DNA of 40,757 nt from Conidiobolus incongruus B7586 (Eukaryota): NCBI GenBank assembly GCA_000697335.1, contig JNEM01013958.1:1-40757 (forward strand), written 5' to 3'. Shown here in pieces: positions 1-12,613 of the stretch. The notes beneath the pieces are model-generated. The model searched no databases. It saw nothing but the letters and a program-made list of their open reading frames with translations, and had not been told where the DNA came from. Both the position numbers and the translations under genes were made by a program. Position 1 is the first letter of the stretch. Every line of letters begins with the position of its first letter.

Positions 1-785
1 TATATTTTAAAATTTGAATATACATTAATAAAAAAATAAAATAATTATTAAATTATTATTGAAGGCTAAATTTAACAAAAATAATTATAATTAAAAGCTA
101 AAATTTTTATAATAAATCAATATAATAATGAATTATAAATTTATATATAAAATTTCTTATTCAAATATAAATCAAAATATAGGTTATATTAAAATAATCA
201 ATTTTATAAATTATAATAATTAGGTATTTCATTGATATATAAATATTGATTATTTTAATAAATAATAACTGTATATACTATTATTATTTATTTATCAAAA
301 AAATTAGATAATATTAAATTTTATATTATATTTTTTAAATAATATAATTAATTAATGTCTTGATATAATTTAAGGATATTAATTATTTTATATAATAATT
401 GTAAAATATATAAAATTAATGTTATTTAAAATTTCAAATTGGAAATAATTATATTACGATACCATATTTAATATAATTACTAGATTATAACCTATATGAT
501 CATAATTACTTTAATTAATCAAAAATTAAGATTATAAAAAATTGAAATTTATATTAATCAATAAAATTTAATTATAAAACATTAAATTTAAGTTTTGAAT
601 TAAAAGTTCTTTTTTATATATTAGGAATTAGTTAAAAATATAGCAAAAAGGTAATAATAATAATAAAGAAGAGTATTTATTGTATATTAAATATTTATTT
701 TTATTAGTTTTATATTTGATAATTAATTTATATTTTAATTTCAAAAGAGTTTTATTATTAAAAATCTATAATAATAAATACAATA
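1..785 (+). mobile_element. Decayed mariner (Tc1/mariner) element, 3' part, copy 1
   Basis: About 380-690 is the reverse-complement homologue of about 3360-3660. Remnant translation IILYNNCKIY (HDNA-type motif), LDYNLYDHNYF (YSPDLAPSDY-type motif) and a KVI..K.EY-like C-terminus. Truncated by the window start; right boundary approximate. Confidence 0.65.
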
Positions 786-971
786 AAATAATAAGAAGAT
801 AATTTGATTAATATTTTTCATAAATTAAAACTAATATATAAGCAGATTTTATTAAAATTAAAAAAGTAGATCAACATATATTATAAAAAGTGATTGTTAT
901 TAATTATTTTTTCTATTAATATAATGATTAAAATATCTATCTATAGAAATGTTTAATGTGATCTATGGCTT

Positions 972-1466
972 TTAAAATATTAAAGTAAACAAAAATAGTT
1001 TAATTGTAAATATCCAAATAGTAACTACTGAAAAGTAAATAAAAAGATATATATACATCGTTCTTAGGAGTTGATACCAAATAAAAAAGTTTGGGATAAT
1101 TTTTGTTAAACTCAAGTGATTATTAACTAATTGAGGTAATGGTGCTAATACAATTAGAAACAGCCATAGATGAGCCGATAGACTGACTAAAGTATGATCT
1201 GGATTATAGCTTCCTTTTAAGATATTATAAACTGTTCTAGGTAATACATTTTCCATTGCATCCAAATCTACAAGGTATAGCGTTAAAGTAAAAGTCAATA
1301 AACTTAGCACCATGTGAGAAATCGTTCGTAAATCCTGTACTTGAGCAGATGCAACTAATAAGTAGTGAATTCCAGAGAATAAGATTGAAGATAGGTTTAA
1401 TGATAATAGAGTTGATGATGAAAATTTTCTAAGATAGTAACTTGAGGACATTCTAAATTCAATCAT
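972..1466 (-). CDS. Hypothetical small multi-pass membrane protein (164 aa)
   Basis: Open 495-nt ORF in very AT-rich DNA, locally higher GC, AAA-ATG start context like the other genes here, 3-4 hydrophobic segments. No family recognised. Confidence 0.4.
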   Translation of the reverse strand: MIEFRMSSSYYLRKFSSSTLLSLNLSSILFSGIHYLLVASAQVQDLRTISHMVLSLLTFTLTLYLVDLDAMENVLPRTVYNILKGSYNPDHTLVSLSAHLWLFLIVLAPLPQLVNNHLSLTKIIPNFFIWYQLLRTMYIYLFIYFSVVTIWIFTIKLFLFTLIF

Positions 1467-3254
1467 TTTAATAAAATATAAAAATTTAATAGGATGTTGC
1501 TTTGATTAATTAAAGATAATAAATAGGTATAGAAGTTAAAAAAATGGAATAAGTAAAAAAGAAAATATTAATTGGTAATTGTTATAGAAAAAATTTGCTT
1601 TTATATTCGAATCAAATTAATTTCATATACATTACTCAAAACCCTCAACTTAATATATTAACAAAATGAATAATATCATCAGTTAATTATTATAGTACCA
1701 GAATTATTCAATCGGTGATTTGCATTAAATCATACAATTTCATTTGACAGTCAAAAATATAACTTTGATAATTGAAAAATAAGATATATGAATTTTTTAA
1801 TTTAAATATTATAAAATATAGGAAGACTATATAGTTATATAAATTTACTCTTTCAATATTGATTTAATACTAAATCAATAATTTATAATGAATTAATAGT
1901 TTTTGTCAATGATTAATGCACATAATTAATATGGTTTTTCTGTGATAATTGAATTAATTACTACACCAATTATATCTAGGATGAATTTATTAAAATAATA
2001 TCAAGTGTACAAGGTATTATTATAAGAAAGCACTTGCATGAATTTATTAAACTCATTGAAATAAACTTCCATTTCGGATTTGAAAGTTGAAGAGTTACAA
2101 TAATAAAACATTTGATGCTTTATATGATTTAATATCAAGTATATATATATATTTGAGATTTAAATCCATATATTATGTCGACTAGAATAGATAATTACTT
2201 GACACACTTCAATATAAATTTGAAAATTCAATTAGCATAATAAAAACTTGAATATTGCGCTAACTAGATTAAATGGAATATAAATAATTTCGTGTCTAGA
2301 TGGATGGTTAATTGTAATCTTGAAATATCTATTGGTATCATCCCAAAGTGTACTTGAATTCATATCCATTTCTATGAGTTTGATCAATAATAATTTGAAA
2401 AATAATGATTTTGGTTTTACAATCAAATATTATATTTTTAACTCATTAATCGTCAGAATTATATTGGTTTGATTAGTTTTTTATAAGCAGCTTAATTGTT
2501 ATTGTTTTAAAGTAATGACATTGTCATTGAATCATTTTATGGTTTATATATTATTTAACCCATAACTTCAATTTTTAAATGATCACTATATACAATTGTT
2601 AGCTTTTAGAATTCATAAAGCCAATTCAGAATAATAAAGATGAGGTAATTATTAAAAATAATATTTTAAATTGGAAAATATTATATGAATAAAAAATCTA
2701 ATTTATTTTGAAATAAAAAATTTATTAAATTAAATGAATTTATATTTATTATTCAAAATTATTAAATACTCGAAAATTACTAAGTTCAACAATATATATA
2801 ATATACTTTAACAAAGCCGTAAAGCAATTTAATCGAAAAGGTCATTAGGTTTTAAAGAGTACTTGAATTTTTCAATATATATTTGAAGCAAATCTTATGA
2901 AATATTTAAGCAATATTTGATTAATAGCTAAATTTATTCAAATCATTTTTTTAAATTCATAAATTTTAAAATTATATATACAAAATATTAGTCAAAGATC
3001 ACATATAATAAATATATCAAATCAATAAAGGTTTAATATAAAAGATCTACATATTAAAAAAATAATAAAGCAATACAATATTTATTTTAAAGATAAATTT
3101 TATTTTATCAATAAAATATAATAATATTAAAAGTTTCTTATCTTAAATAATATATTATATTTTTTAATATATTAAAATAATTAATATAAATAGTTAATAC
3201 ATTTATAACTATTAATATAATTATATTTTAAAAATAAAATTTAAAAGACAAATA

Positions 3255-4590
3255 TAATTAATATTATATAAATCAAAAAAAAATTTAATAATATTATTTT
3301 TTTTATCAAGATAATATTTTTTTAATTAATATGGTAAACAAAATAAATATATAATATAAATTTAATAGTTTTTTTTATTATTAATAACTTTTTACTATAC
3401 TTTTAGCAAACTTCTAACACTTAAAAAATAGTTCTTTTTATTAAAGACTAAAATTTGATGTTTTACAAACTAATTAAATTTTCCTGCAGAAATTTTTTTT
3501 CTTGTAAGCTGGTTTTTTAATTACCTAAAGCAATTATAATTGCATAAGTTATAATCAAAAGAATATACTAGATATAATAGTTTTTTCTAGTTATTTTTAA
3601 TTAGAAAGTTTTTTATAGTTTTAAATTTATGTATTTTACAATTATTATGTAAAATAATAGGTTTTCTCAAATTATATTGAGAACACTAATTAAAAATACT
3701 TTTATTTAAAAAAACAATATATAGTTTATTATTAATTGATTTTCCTTTAGGAACTAAATAAGAATAACATATACTATTATAATCTATTATAATAATTAAC
3801 ATTTGCTTATTAACAAAGTATTTATTTAAAGGGATTTGTAGAAAAAGTTGATTTGGTTTAATCTAGCATCTTGATTTGTGTTTTAGTAAAGGATTATACA
3901 TAAAGATTTAAGATTCATCAATTGTAATTATTTGCTATAAAAGTTTAGGCTTCTAGTAATATTTTAATAAGTTTTATTTAATAATAACTACTCTAGCTTT
4001 TTTTTAAGCTTTAGTTAAATTATAAGGTACCTATTTTATATTTTTATTTATTAATTTTAGTTTAAACTTTAAAATATATAAAATACTTGTAAAACTAATA
4101 TTAAAGTATTTAGATAATTCTTTAGCTAAAATAAAAAAGTACTTTTCAATATATTTTTTCACTCTATTTATAATTAAAAGAGTGATAGTTGAAGTTGGTT
4201 TTCTAGATTTTAACAGGTTTTGAATAGTTTCTCTTTTAGCCTTAAAGTAATTTACCTAGCAATAAATTGTTGATTTAGATAATGCTTCATTACCAAAAGT
4301 TGCTTGTAAATTTTAAATAATTTTAGAGGGTTTATGGTTAAGTTTTACTAATACCAAAATAAAAAACTTTTGATAATCACTATTTGGTTTAAGCATGATT
4401 AAATTAAACAACCAATTTTAAAAAGTTAATTTTTTAATCAAAAAAACATATATATATATATATATATATTAAAAATATATAATTTCCTATTAACTTTGTA
4501 TATATTTATTTATTTCAAACTAATAATATGTTTGAAAAATCAGAAATTAAAAAATTTCCCATTATTTCAAATTCAAGGTAATATTTCTAG
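3255..4590 (-). mobile_element. Decayed full-length mariner element (~1.3 kb), copy 2; transposase pseudogene
   Basis: From the ATG at 4396 on the minus strand: MLKPN...NLQATFGNEALSKSTIYC*VNYFK (mariner HTH), K*VPYNL (WVPHEL motif), IITIDES*IFMYNP (first catalytic D), ILHNNCKIH, YSFDYNLCNYNCF (YSPDL motif). Terminal sequence ~4545-4586 is shared with copy 3. Boundaries approximate. Confidence 0.85.
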
Positions 4591-7365
4591 TTTAAATATT
4601 AATTTTATATATTATTTAAATATTATTAACTTTTAAATTATGGTTTATTATTTTAATTTAGTATTTTATATTAATTAAATTTTAATTAATATAATTATAA
4701 TAAATTAATTTAAAAAATATTAATTAAATTATATATTATTAATATTATAATATAATATATATAATATTCATGATAAAAATATTAATAATTGATCTTAGAC
4801 TTTGGTAGCTCTAAATATTATTTTTTAAAATTATTACGGAAACAAAACACCATATTTAACTATTATAAATAAATCCTAGTTCTGATACTATACATAACCC
4901 GAAAAATTAGTAAAGTTAATATAAATTTACAATTAAATAAATAATATATAATCCTAAATAATAAAGGAAAGTAATTTTTTGCGAATTTTTTAAATATAGA
5001 GTTATTAATTAGATAGTTATGCACTAGTTTTGTTTTAAAGTTTTTTCAAGTAGGTTTTTTATATTAATAATTGAAGATACTTTGCTTGAAGTGTCAAATT
5101 CAAGTAAGGCATTTATAAATGCAATCAAGTATGACATATATATGGTAAGACTAAAGATCAAATTAAATATTTGGAAATTATTAGAATGCAAAAATAATAT
5201 GGGTTTTACAATATATATAAATATCAATTAAATATGATATTTAATGTAATTTTTATTAAAAATAATTAATCTATGAAAAATGGTATAAAAATTAAAAATG
5301 AAATTTCAAAATTTTATCAAATATTATTATTATTATTATTATAATATCGGTTAACAGAAAAAATGATTATTATAAAAAAGTCGTCCTAATAATATAAAGA
5401 TTTGATATAAAAGGAAAGTTTGAACTTATTAAAAATTATTTAAATTCCATAAATACCAAATGATTTTAATTGATAATTCAAGATATTCTAAGCTAGTAAA
5501 TGATATCAAATATAAATTAAGTGATAGAAAAGCTATATAAATAAATAAATTAAGTGTGATTAAAAGTATAATCAATGAGTTAATTATAAGACAAAAAATT
5601 ATGATTTGAGTGTATTAATTAAATTCAATATATTTAAATAATCAAATTTACACAGTCTTAATTTGAAGAAAATAATTGAATAATCAGCTAAAAAACATAT
5701 AATATAGCATAGAAGTAGTTTAAGATCTAGTCTCTTTATGAAATATTTTTATCAATAGATCTAGCTAAAATTATTTGCTAATAGGCATATATAAAATTTA
5801 ATTAGACAACTGGAAATGATTGGTTTTATTTCAAAATAATACTAATGTTTTATTATATATATGTATACTGAACACTGGTAAACATATAATTTAATTTTTA
5901 TATATTTAAACTGCAATCGATTGTTGCCTACTTAAGATATTAAATGAGGTATATATATAGTAATAAAAATAAGAAATCTAGGCCAGATTAATTAAAAACG
6001 GTTTGAATATCAACTAATTATAAATTAACTTATTGATTTTTAATAACATATATTTAAATTGCTATGAATAACAAAATTTGATTTTCATATATTTTCCAGA
6101 ATTCTTGTTTTGAAATTTTGATGTCGTATTCGACTTTTTTAGTCCTGTTTGATTTTAATTTAAAAAGCTGAAAAATATTGACTTATTATAAGCTAAAATA
6201 TATAATAACAGAAAAAATTCCTTAAACCAGTACATTAGTTCCAACTTTAATTTTCATAATATTAGCTAATAATAAAGTGATTTAAGAATCAATTAATAAT
6301 CAGATTTCGAATTAATTAAAAAATTGTATTGTACAAAAGATCCATAAGCTGTCAAAAGTGAGAAAAATAGTGGTGTTAATATGGGAAACATATGATTTTT
6401 AAATGGTATATTATTCGGCATTCATTGACTAAATATCTTATCCATTATTACAACATTATTATATTCCCATTAAATCACATTTATATTATCAATAACCAAA
6501 ATATTTGATTTTTAATTTTAGAAATCATACCAAAGTTGTATAATTAAGTTGAAATATAAAATACACTTTTGAATGATTAGGCTAGAAAAATACAAAGCCT
6601 TGCTTCAATATTTAGAACTAAGATTGATTGAATAGTTGTCTGATTAATATTTTGACTTTATCTTTTAATTAAAATAAAGTCAATCAAATAAATCGTTTAA
6701 AAAGTAAAGAGCATTAATTATTGATAAACAATTAAATCATCAAATATTTTATTCAACTAATATTTATAATTAAAATCTTGGATCAAAATAAATATAATAA
6801 ATTTTCGTAAAAGGATAAACATTGGATTGAAATAAAATCAAAATTATTTATTTAATTCTAAATTTTGGTCGGAATAACCTAGTCTGAATGGAGGTATTCG
6901 GAGATAATGGGGAATAATGAGAGTATTATTGGAATTCCGATTAGCATAAATAAACCATAAAATTGTTAAATATTAAATATTAAATATTAAGATATCAACT
7001 TTTCAAATTGTTACATAATCCTATTTAACTCGATTTCCTTTAACCAATGATAAGTATTAGATTTACTAAATTCCAAACTCAAACTTTTATCCTCTGTTGA
7101 TTTCATTTCTCCATCAATTTGATTTAATTATCCGAGGTACAATTTGGATTTATTGAGTACATTTCAATAGGTATAAAGCAGGGTCTGGGACCTTAAAGTT
7201 GAGAAAAAGGGTTCTATAATTGATTATTAATTAATATACCAGTATAATACTTTATCGAACAAACAATAATATTAATATTCAAATCCGTAAACAAATTTCA
7301 AAAAATATCTTATTAAACTTTATATAAATAACCAATAGTATCAAATAATATTTAATAATTAACAA

Positions 7366-9220
7366 ATGTTTGATGAATTTTTTCAAAGATTATCGGATCT
7401 AGCTGGAGGACTTCCGCTAGATCAAATACGATTCATTTCTAGCATCTTGCTAACATATCCCATTGCCTGTATTTTCAGACTTTTACCCAATTATCCCAGT
7501 TTAAAGCACTTATCTAATATTATCATTACCACATTTTTATTCCTTGGAATTCATGGCTCTGTGGATGGATATATACATCTTATAATTAGCTGTATCGTCA
7601 CTTATTCGATTTTATTATTTTCTAAACCTGATAATGCTCCAAAACTTATATTTATCTGGGCAATGGGGCATATGTCGTATACGTAATTATAACCACATAC
7701 GAATTCATTAATTTTATAATATTAATAATCAATATTTTTAGTCATATATATAGACTAATTTACGACTATGGACAAGCTACACTAGATCACTCAGGACCTC
7801 AAATGATTTGGACTATTAAATTAACTATGTTAGCTTGGAATGTTCGTGATGGATCTAAAAAAGATGAAGTAAAACAACAAAAGTTTAAAACCAATAAGGT
7901 TACTAATTTATATTATAGGAATTGTCTGAATATCAAAGAGCTAGAAAAATTGTCAAAATTCCTTCTGTGTTGGAATTTTTAGGCTATATCTTTTTCTTCT
8001 GTGGGTTCGCTGCAGGTCCTGCTTTTGACGTAATATTTTCATAATTTTTTTACAACTTATATTCATATTCGATTCTAGTATGCTGAATATATGAGATTTA
8101 TTGAACAGAAGGGTGAATTGGTAAGAGTTTATTTGTTTTCATTTGGAGTATCTATTTATATATTGATAAATTCGTTAGTCTAACAAGAATAATCCTTCCC
8201 CAATAATACCATTCCTGAAAGTTTTCACTCAAAGTATCTTTTATGTTATTTTAACGCTTACAGTTTCCCCTATCTTTTCTTTATCCTACTGTTTAAGACC
8301 TGAGTTTTCAAGACTCACTTTCTTTAACAAGTAAGTAATAACTTAATTTAAGTAATCATCAATATATTTAACTTCATGATGATTAGATTTTCCTATGTGG
8401 TATTAAGCGCTGCTATGGAGCGTAATAGATATTATTTCGTTTGGTTATTAGCTGAAGGTGCAAGTATTTTATCCGGATTTGGATACAATGGATTGGATGA
8501 AAAAGGAAATCATAAATGGTAAATATAAACATTTATATATTTTAATAATTATATTTATTTAAATTCATAGGGATCGAATGACCAATGTAAGAGTTATTGA
8601 AATTGAAACTAGTCAAAGCTTAAAAGGCGTCCTTGATAACTGGAATATTGGTACAAACCAATGGTTAAGACATTATGTATATTTAAGATTAGCTCCTGCT
8701 GGCACCAAAGATACTGCCTTTGCATCACTTTGCACTTTTGCTATTTCCGCTTTTTGGCACGGCTTTTACCCAGGATATTACTGTAACTTAATTCAACTTT
8801 ACAATTATAATTTTTACTAATATTTCAATCATTTTAGTAACATTTTTATTAATGGGATTTGTTAGCGAAACGTCCAAAAGTAAGTGTAATAGGATCGCTT
8901 TATCAATTAAGTACTAATAACTCTAATTAGATTTAAGAAGATCGTTAAGACCAATTGTGATGTATTATGGCAAATCTAATCCAGGAATTATTAGAATGTA
9001 CAACATATCAGGATGGGCACTATCTCACATTTCTTTAAGTTATTTCATCATTCCCTTTGTTATTTTAGAGTTTACTCCCTCTTTAAACATCTGGGCCCAA
9101 TTATACTATATTGGTCATATTGCATTGTTTATTTCCTGGGCGTTTTTCAAATTTGGGGGAGTTAAATTTTTCAAAAAGTTCCAACCTAAAGAAATTGAAC
9201 ATACGAAAAAATCTAATTAA
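7366..9220 (+). CDS. ALE1: MBOAT-family lysophospholipid acyltransferase (ALE1/LPCAT-like), 9 exons
   Basis: GT-AG introns at about 7683-7741, 7869-7918, 8030-8078, 8121-8178, 8331-8386, 8519-8570, ~8783-8837 and ~8880-8930 give one continuous frame. Motifs DHSGPQM, EFLGYIFF..GPAFD, RYYFVW.LAEG, GFGYNG, WNIGTNQWLRHYVYLR, SAFWHGFYPGYY. Stop TAA at 9218-9220. Confidence 0.93.
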
Positions 9221-9570
9221 ATTTAACATCAAACTTCAATATATTCCTCGAGATAAATATCATTAAATATACATTGTAAAATGTAACTTCAAATTTAATT
9301 AAGCAATATAAACCATAAATAAAAGATATACTATTAACATAAGTGAAATATTTCACTAATTTTAAAGCTTTTTCATCAATATTTAATATAATAAATGAAA
9401 TTCAATACTATTCAATCATATTATATTTGCCTAAATTCAATTTGACATCCCATAATTTGAATTGTCGTACAATTAAATATAACATTCTTTTCGCACAGTC
9501 TCATTTATCATAACAGTCAACTTTAATATGATTAATATAGATCAGTAATTAATGATTCTAGTAAAATACC

Positions 9571-11825
9571 ATGTTCAAATTTAAGCCCAAAAACAAAGAA
9601 TATGAAAATAATTTTCATTATCAAGATTTAGAGCTTAATTCTGAGCTTATGGATAATAACCAAAACTTGTATGATAATGAATTATTGGTATTTTTCCATT
9701 TTTTATTTCATTGAAGATGTATCGATTAAGTCTTCATTACTATAATGAATTGGGAAAATTAACAGTACAAACTAATTTGGATTTGAGTGCTTTACATGGT
9801 GCTGGTATTGATAATTTCGAAGATACAGAAGATCCACAAGTAGGAGTAATAGAAGAAGATATGAATAACTCAATCCTTTTGGTAATTAAATTAAAAAAAC
9901 TATATGTAATATCTTAACTGCTTTATGTAAGGGTGAACTAGCACAACTTAGCGGTAAAGATAAAAGTTCAAATACTCATCCTTCTGCTTCAAACTTGTCT
10001 CCTTCCTCAAGCCAACCAGCAAATCCTTCTCGCCCAACAAGTCCTCCATTAAGCACATATACAGAAGATAATGCAAGCTTAGAAGCTCAATATCTGCCCA
10101 GTGAAAAAAATTTTGAATCAGATAGGTATTCATTATCTTTATCTCTTAACCAGCCTCAGTCTGAGGATGAAGCGAATACCTCCATATCACTTAAATTACA
10201 ACTTCTTCAATCTCAAATTGGGACCCGCAAAAATGAATATCGCAAAGCAGTTCTATTTTATAAAAAGAGCAATGATCTCGTTCATGCTAGAGAAATGCTT
10301 ATTATTGCTAAGTCTCTTGATAAACCCTTAGAGCTTGTATCTATGGGACTACCTTTGGAAAGTTCATTCACCCTTCCACCACCTCCTAATTTGAGTTTAC
10401 ATACTTGTACTCATCCAGTATCGAGCGAACCAGTTCAGTATGGAAAAATAAACCAGAATCCGAAATCTCCTAAATCGCCAGTAAAAGAAGTTGCTTGAAA
10501 TAGATCTATTTACGACAAATTAATCCTTAAAATCCAATCTCAAGTTAATTTAAGCACCAGATTAGCATCATAATACCTTAAAAATAATGATAAAATAGAT
10601 GTGGTTAGATTTCACAAATTAAAGAAGGAATTGAAGGAGCAATTGTCTCAGCTTGAATCCTATCTTGAAAATGACCTACTTCCTAAACCTCTTGCTGTTG
10701 AAGAAAAAGTGGTATATACATTTGACAGATCTGTTACTGATGCGCCACCCAATTCTTAGGAAATTTTCATTGGAAAAGCTAATAATCTTTCATGTAAAGA
10801 AATCAGTCCTAAGTTCGTTGATTCATATGTCCACTTTGATTTTGGCTAGCCTGCTAACTCTAGTCAAGGACAAGGAGACACTCCTGTAATTAATAGAGAT
10901 TCGGGTCCTCAGTTTAATTTCACTCAGCTCGTCCCTATTGAGAGGATTAAGCCATTTCAAAGGCATCTAGAGAGAAAGAAACTAATAATCGAAGTGTTTC
11001 ATTATAGAGGGTTCCTATGGAAATCATATTCAATAAGAAAGGCCCAAATAAAATTGGATCGTCTTCTTAAAGAAACTACTATTGAAGAAACCCTTCAAGT
11101 AATATAATTAATTCAAATATTTTTACTTTTTACTAAATATAATTTAGCTAATTGATTCTGACACTAGAAAACCTACTGGAGGAACTCTAAACATTAGACT
11201 TCGTCAGAGAATTCCATTGATTGAACCTGCAATCATCAAAAAGCAAGAGAATTGGGTTATGAATACTGGTTTCGAACAAATAAAACCAATTTATGATGAA
11301 TCAAAGACTCCGATTGGAGCTAAAACTACTAATGATAACCAAACATCACCATCAGTTCCTTAATCTGAACCAGTGGAACCTACCACAAATATGCCAATTG
11401 CTACAGAGGAAGAAATAGATGAAAATGAATCTACCTATTATGAGTAATATCAATATATTATTATAATTAATATCCAATTACTGACTAAAAATTTTAATAG
11501 CATCAATAACATTATATCTAACGTTGTATTGAGCCACGAGATTGAAAAATTAGAAAAATTATCCAACTTAATATCTGAGCAGGAAGATCGATTAACTTCC
11601 CTCCAGGCCGAATTGCAGATTCTAATTCTTCGAGTTCAAACTAGTCAATTATCATTGAAGTAATACATTGAACAAGTCCAGTCCCAGATCACTAAGGATA
11701 AAGCATTAGCATTGAAATTAAAACGATCCGGAAAATCAGATTTGGCTAAGGGATGTCTCGTTTGGATTAAGTTAATGGAAAATGAAGTGAGTGAAGTCCT
11801 AGAAAGTAGTGTTGGCTTGGTGTAG
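9571..11825 (+). pseudogene. CC2D1: CC2D1/Lgd (Freud-1)-like DM14 + C2 domain gene with multiple premature stops
   Basis: DM14 repeat (RKNEYRKAVLFYKKSNDLVHAREMLIIAK...LPPPP) and a CC2D1-type C2 domain (YVHFDFG*P...EVFHYRGFLW...RKPTGGTLNIRLRQRIPL...ENWV). In-frame stops: TGA 10496, TAA 10571, TAG 10757, TAG 10847, TAA 11661. Introns at ~9882-9931, 11099-11147 and 11444-11500. Confidence 0.85.
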
Positions 11826-12530
11826 ATATATCATTTTAATTCTTTAAATAATATCTCAAATATATTTTTATATTAATTGTACTAAATCAATTTTATTCAT
11901 GTTCATTGTAATTTAATATATTTAGAAATTTTAATTTTTATTACATTGATATCAATTTTATTTAATCTTATTAAATCAAATACTCATTATTGATAAAAGC
12001 CAATCAACATAAATAGATTTTAGTTAATAATGAATAATAGAAAATTACAATTTATTTTATTATCATTATACTATGATTGCATGGAATATAATCAATAGTA
12101 ATCTAATGATGAAAAATATTAGTATATTTTTCACAAAATTATATAAATATTTTAAGTAATTGAAACTTATTTAATATATAAAATAACAATATTTGTTAAA
12201 TATATATCTTAAAAGTTATTTGTACTAAATTTATTTTCAACAAGTTTTAAAATTATAAAATCATAATTAATATAAAATGAATTGAATGATAAATGATACT
12301 ATGGATCATAGTTTGTTAACAATGATATAAAATATCAACTATAAACAAATAGTTTTAAGATAACATTATATCATAATAATTAATAAGCGTAAATTTAAAG
12401 ATGTTTATTACGTAATGTAAGATTCAAATTGAGATTCAAATTTGAGAGGGTCCTATAAATACCAATTATGGATCTTGATTTTGATGAATAACTTTTAATC
12501 TTTTGTCATAATTTATTGATTGCAATAGAT

Positions 12531-12561
12531 AATAATAGTAATAATAATAATAATAATAATA
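12531..12561. repeat. (AAT)n microsatellite
   Basis: Run aataatagtaataataataataataataata just upstream of the UBX gene. Confidence 0.7.
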
Positions 12562-12613
12562 GTTTTTAGTTTTATTTTATAATTTTTATTATTGTTATCT
12601 TTTATTATTTAAA

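Noticed and set aside
2232..5227. Small ORFs 2232-2426 and 5024-5227 (also 14488-14709)
   Set aside because: I/K/N/F/L-rich translations expected by chance in very AT-rich DNA; no motifs.
10653..10889. 78-aa ORF (also 10101-10331 and 9948-10133)
   Set aside because: Off-frame or antisense to the CC2D1 homology frame; no independent support.
10496..11663. Alternative genetic code (stop reassignment) explaining the in-frame stops
   Set aside because: All three stop types occur. The two 3.1-kb ATPase frames, ALE1 and UBX5 contain no internal stops, and intact genes terminate at TAA or TGA normally.
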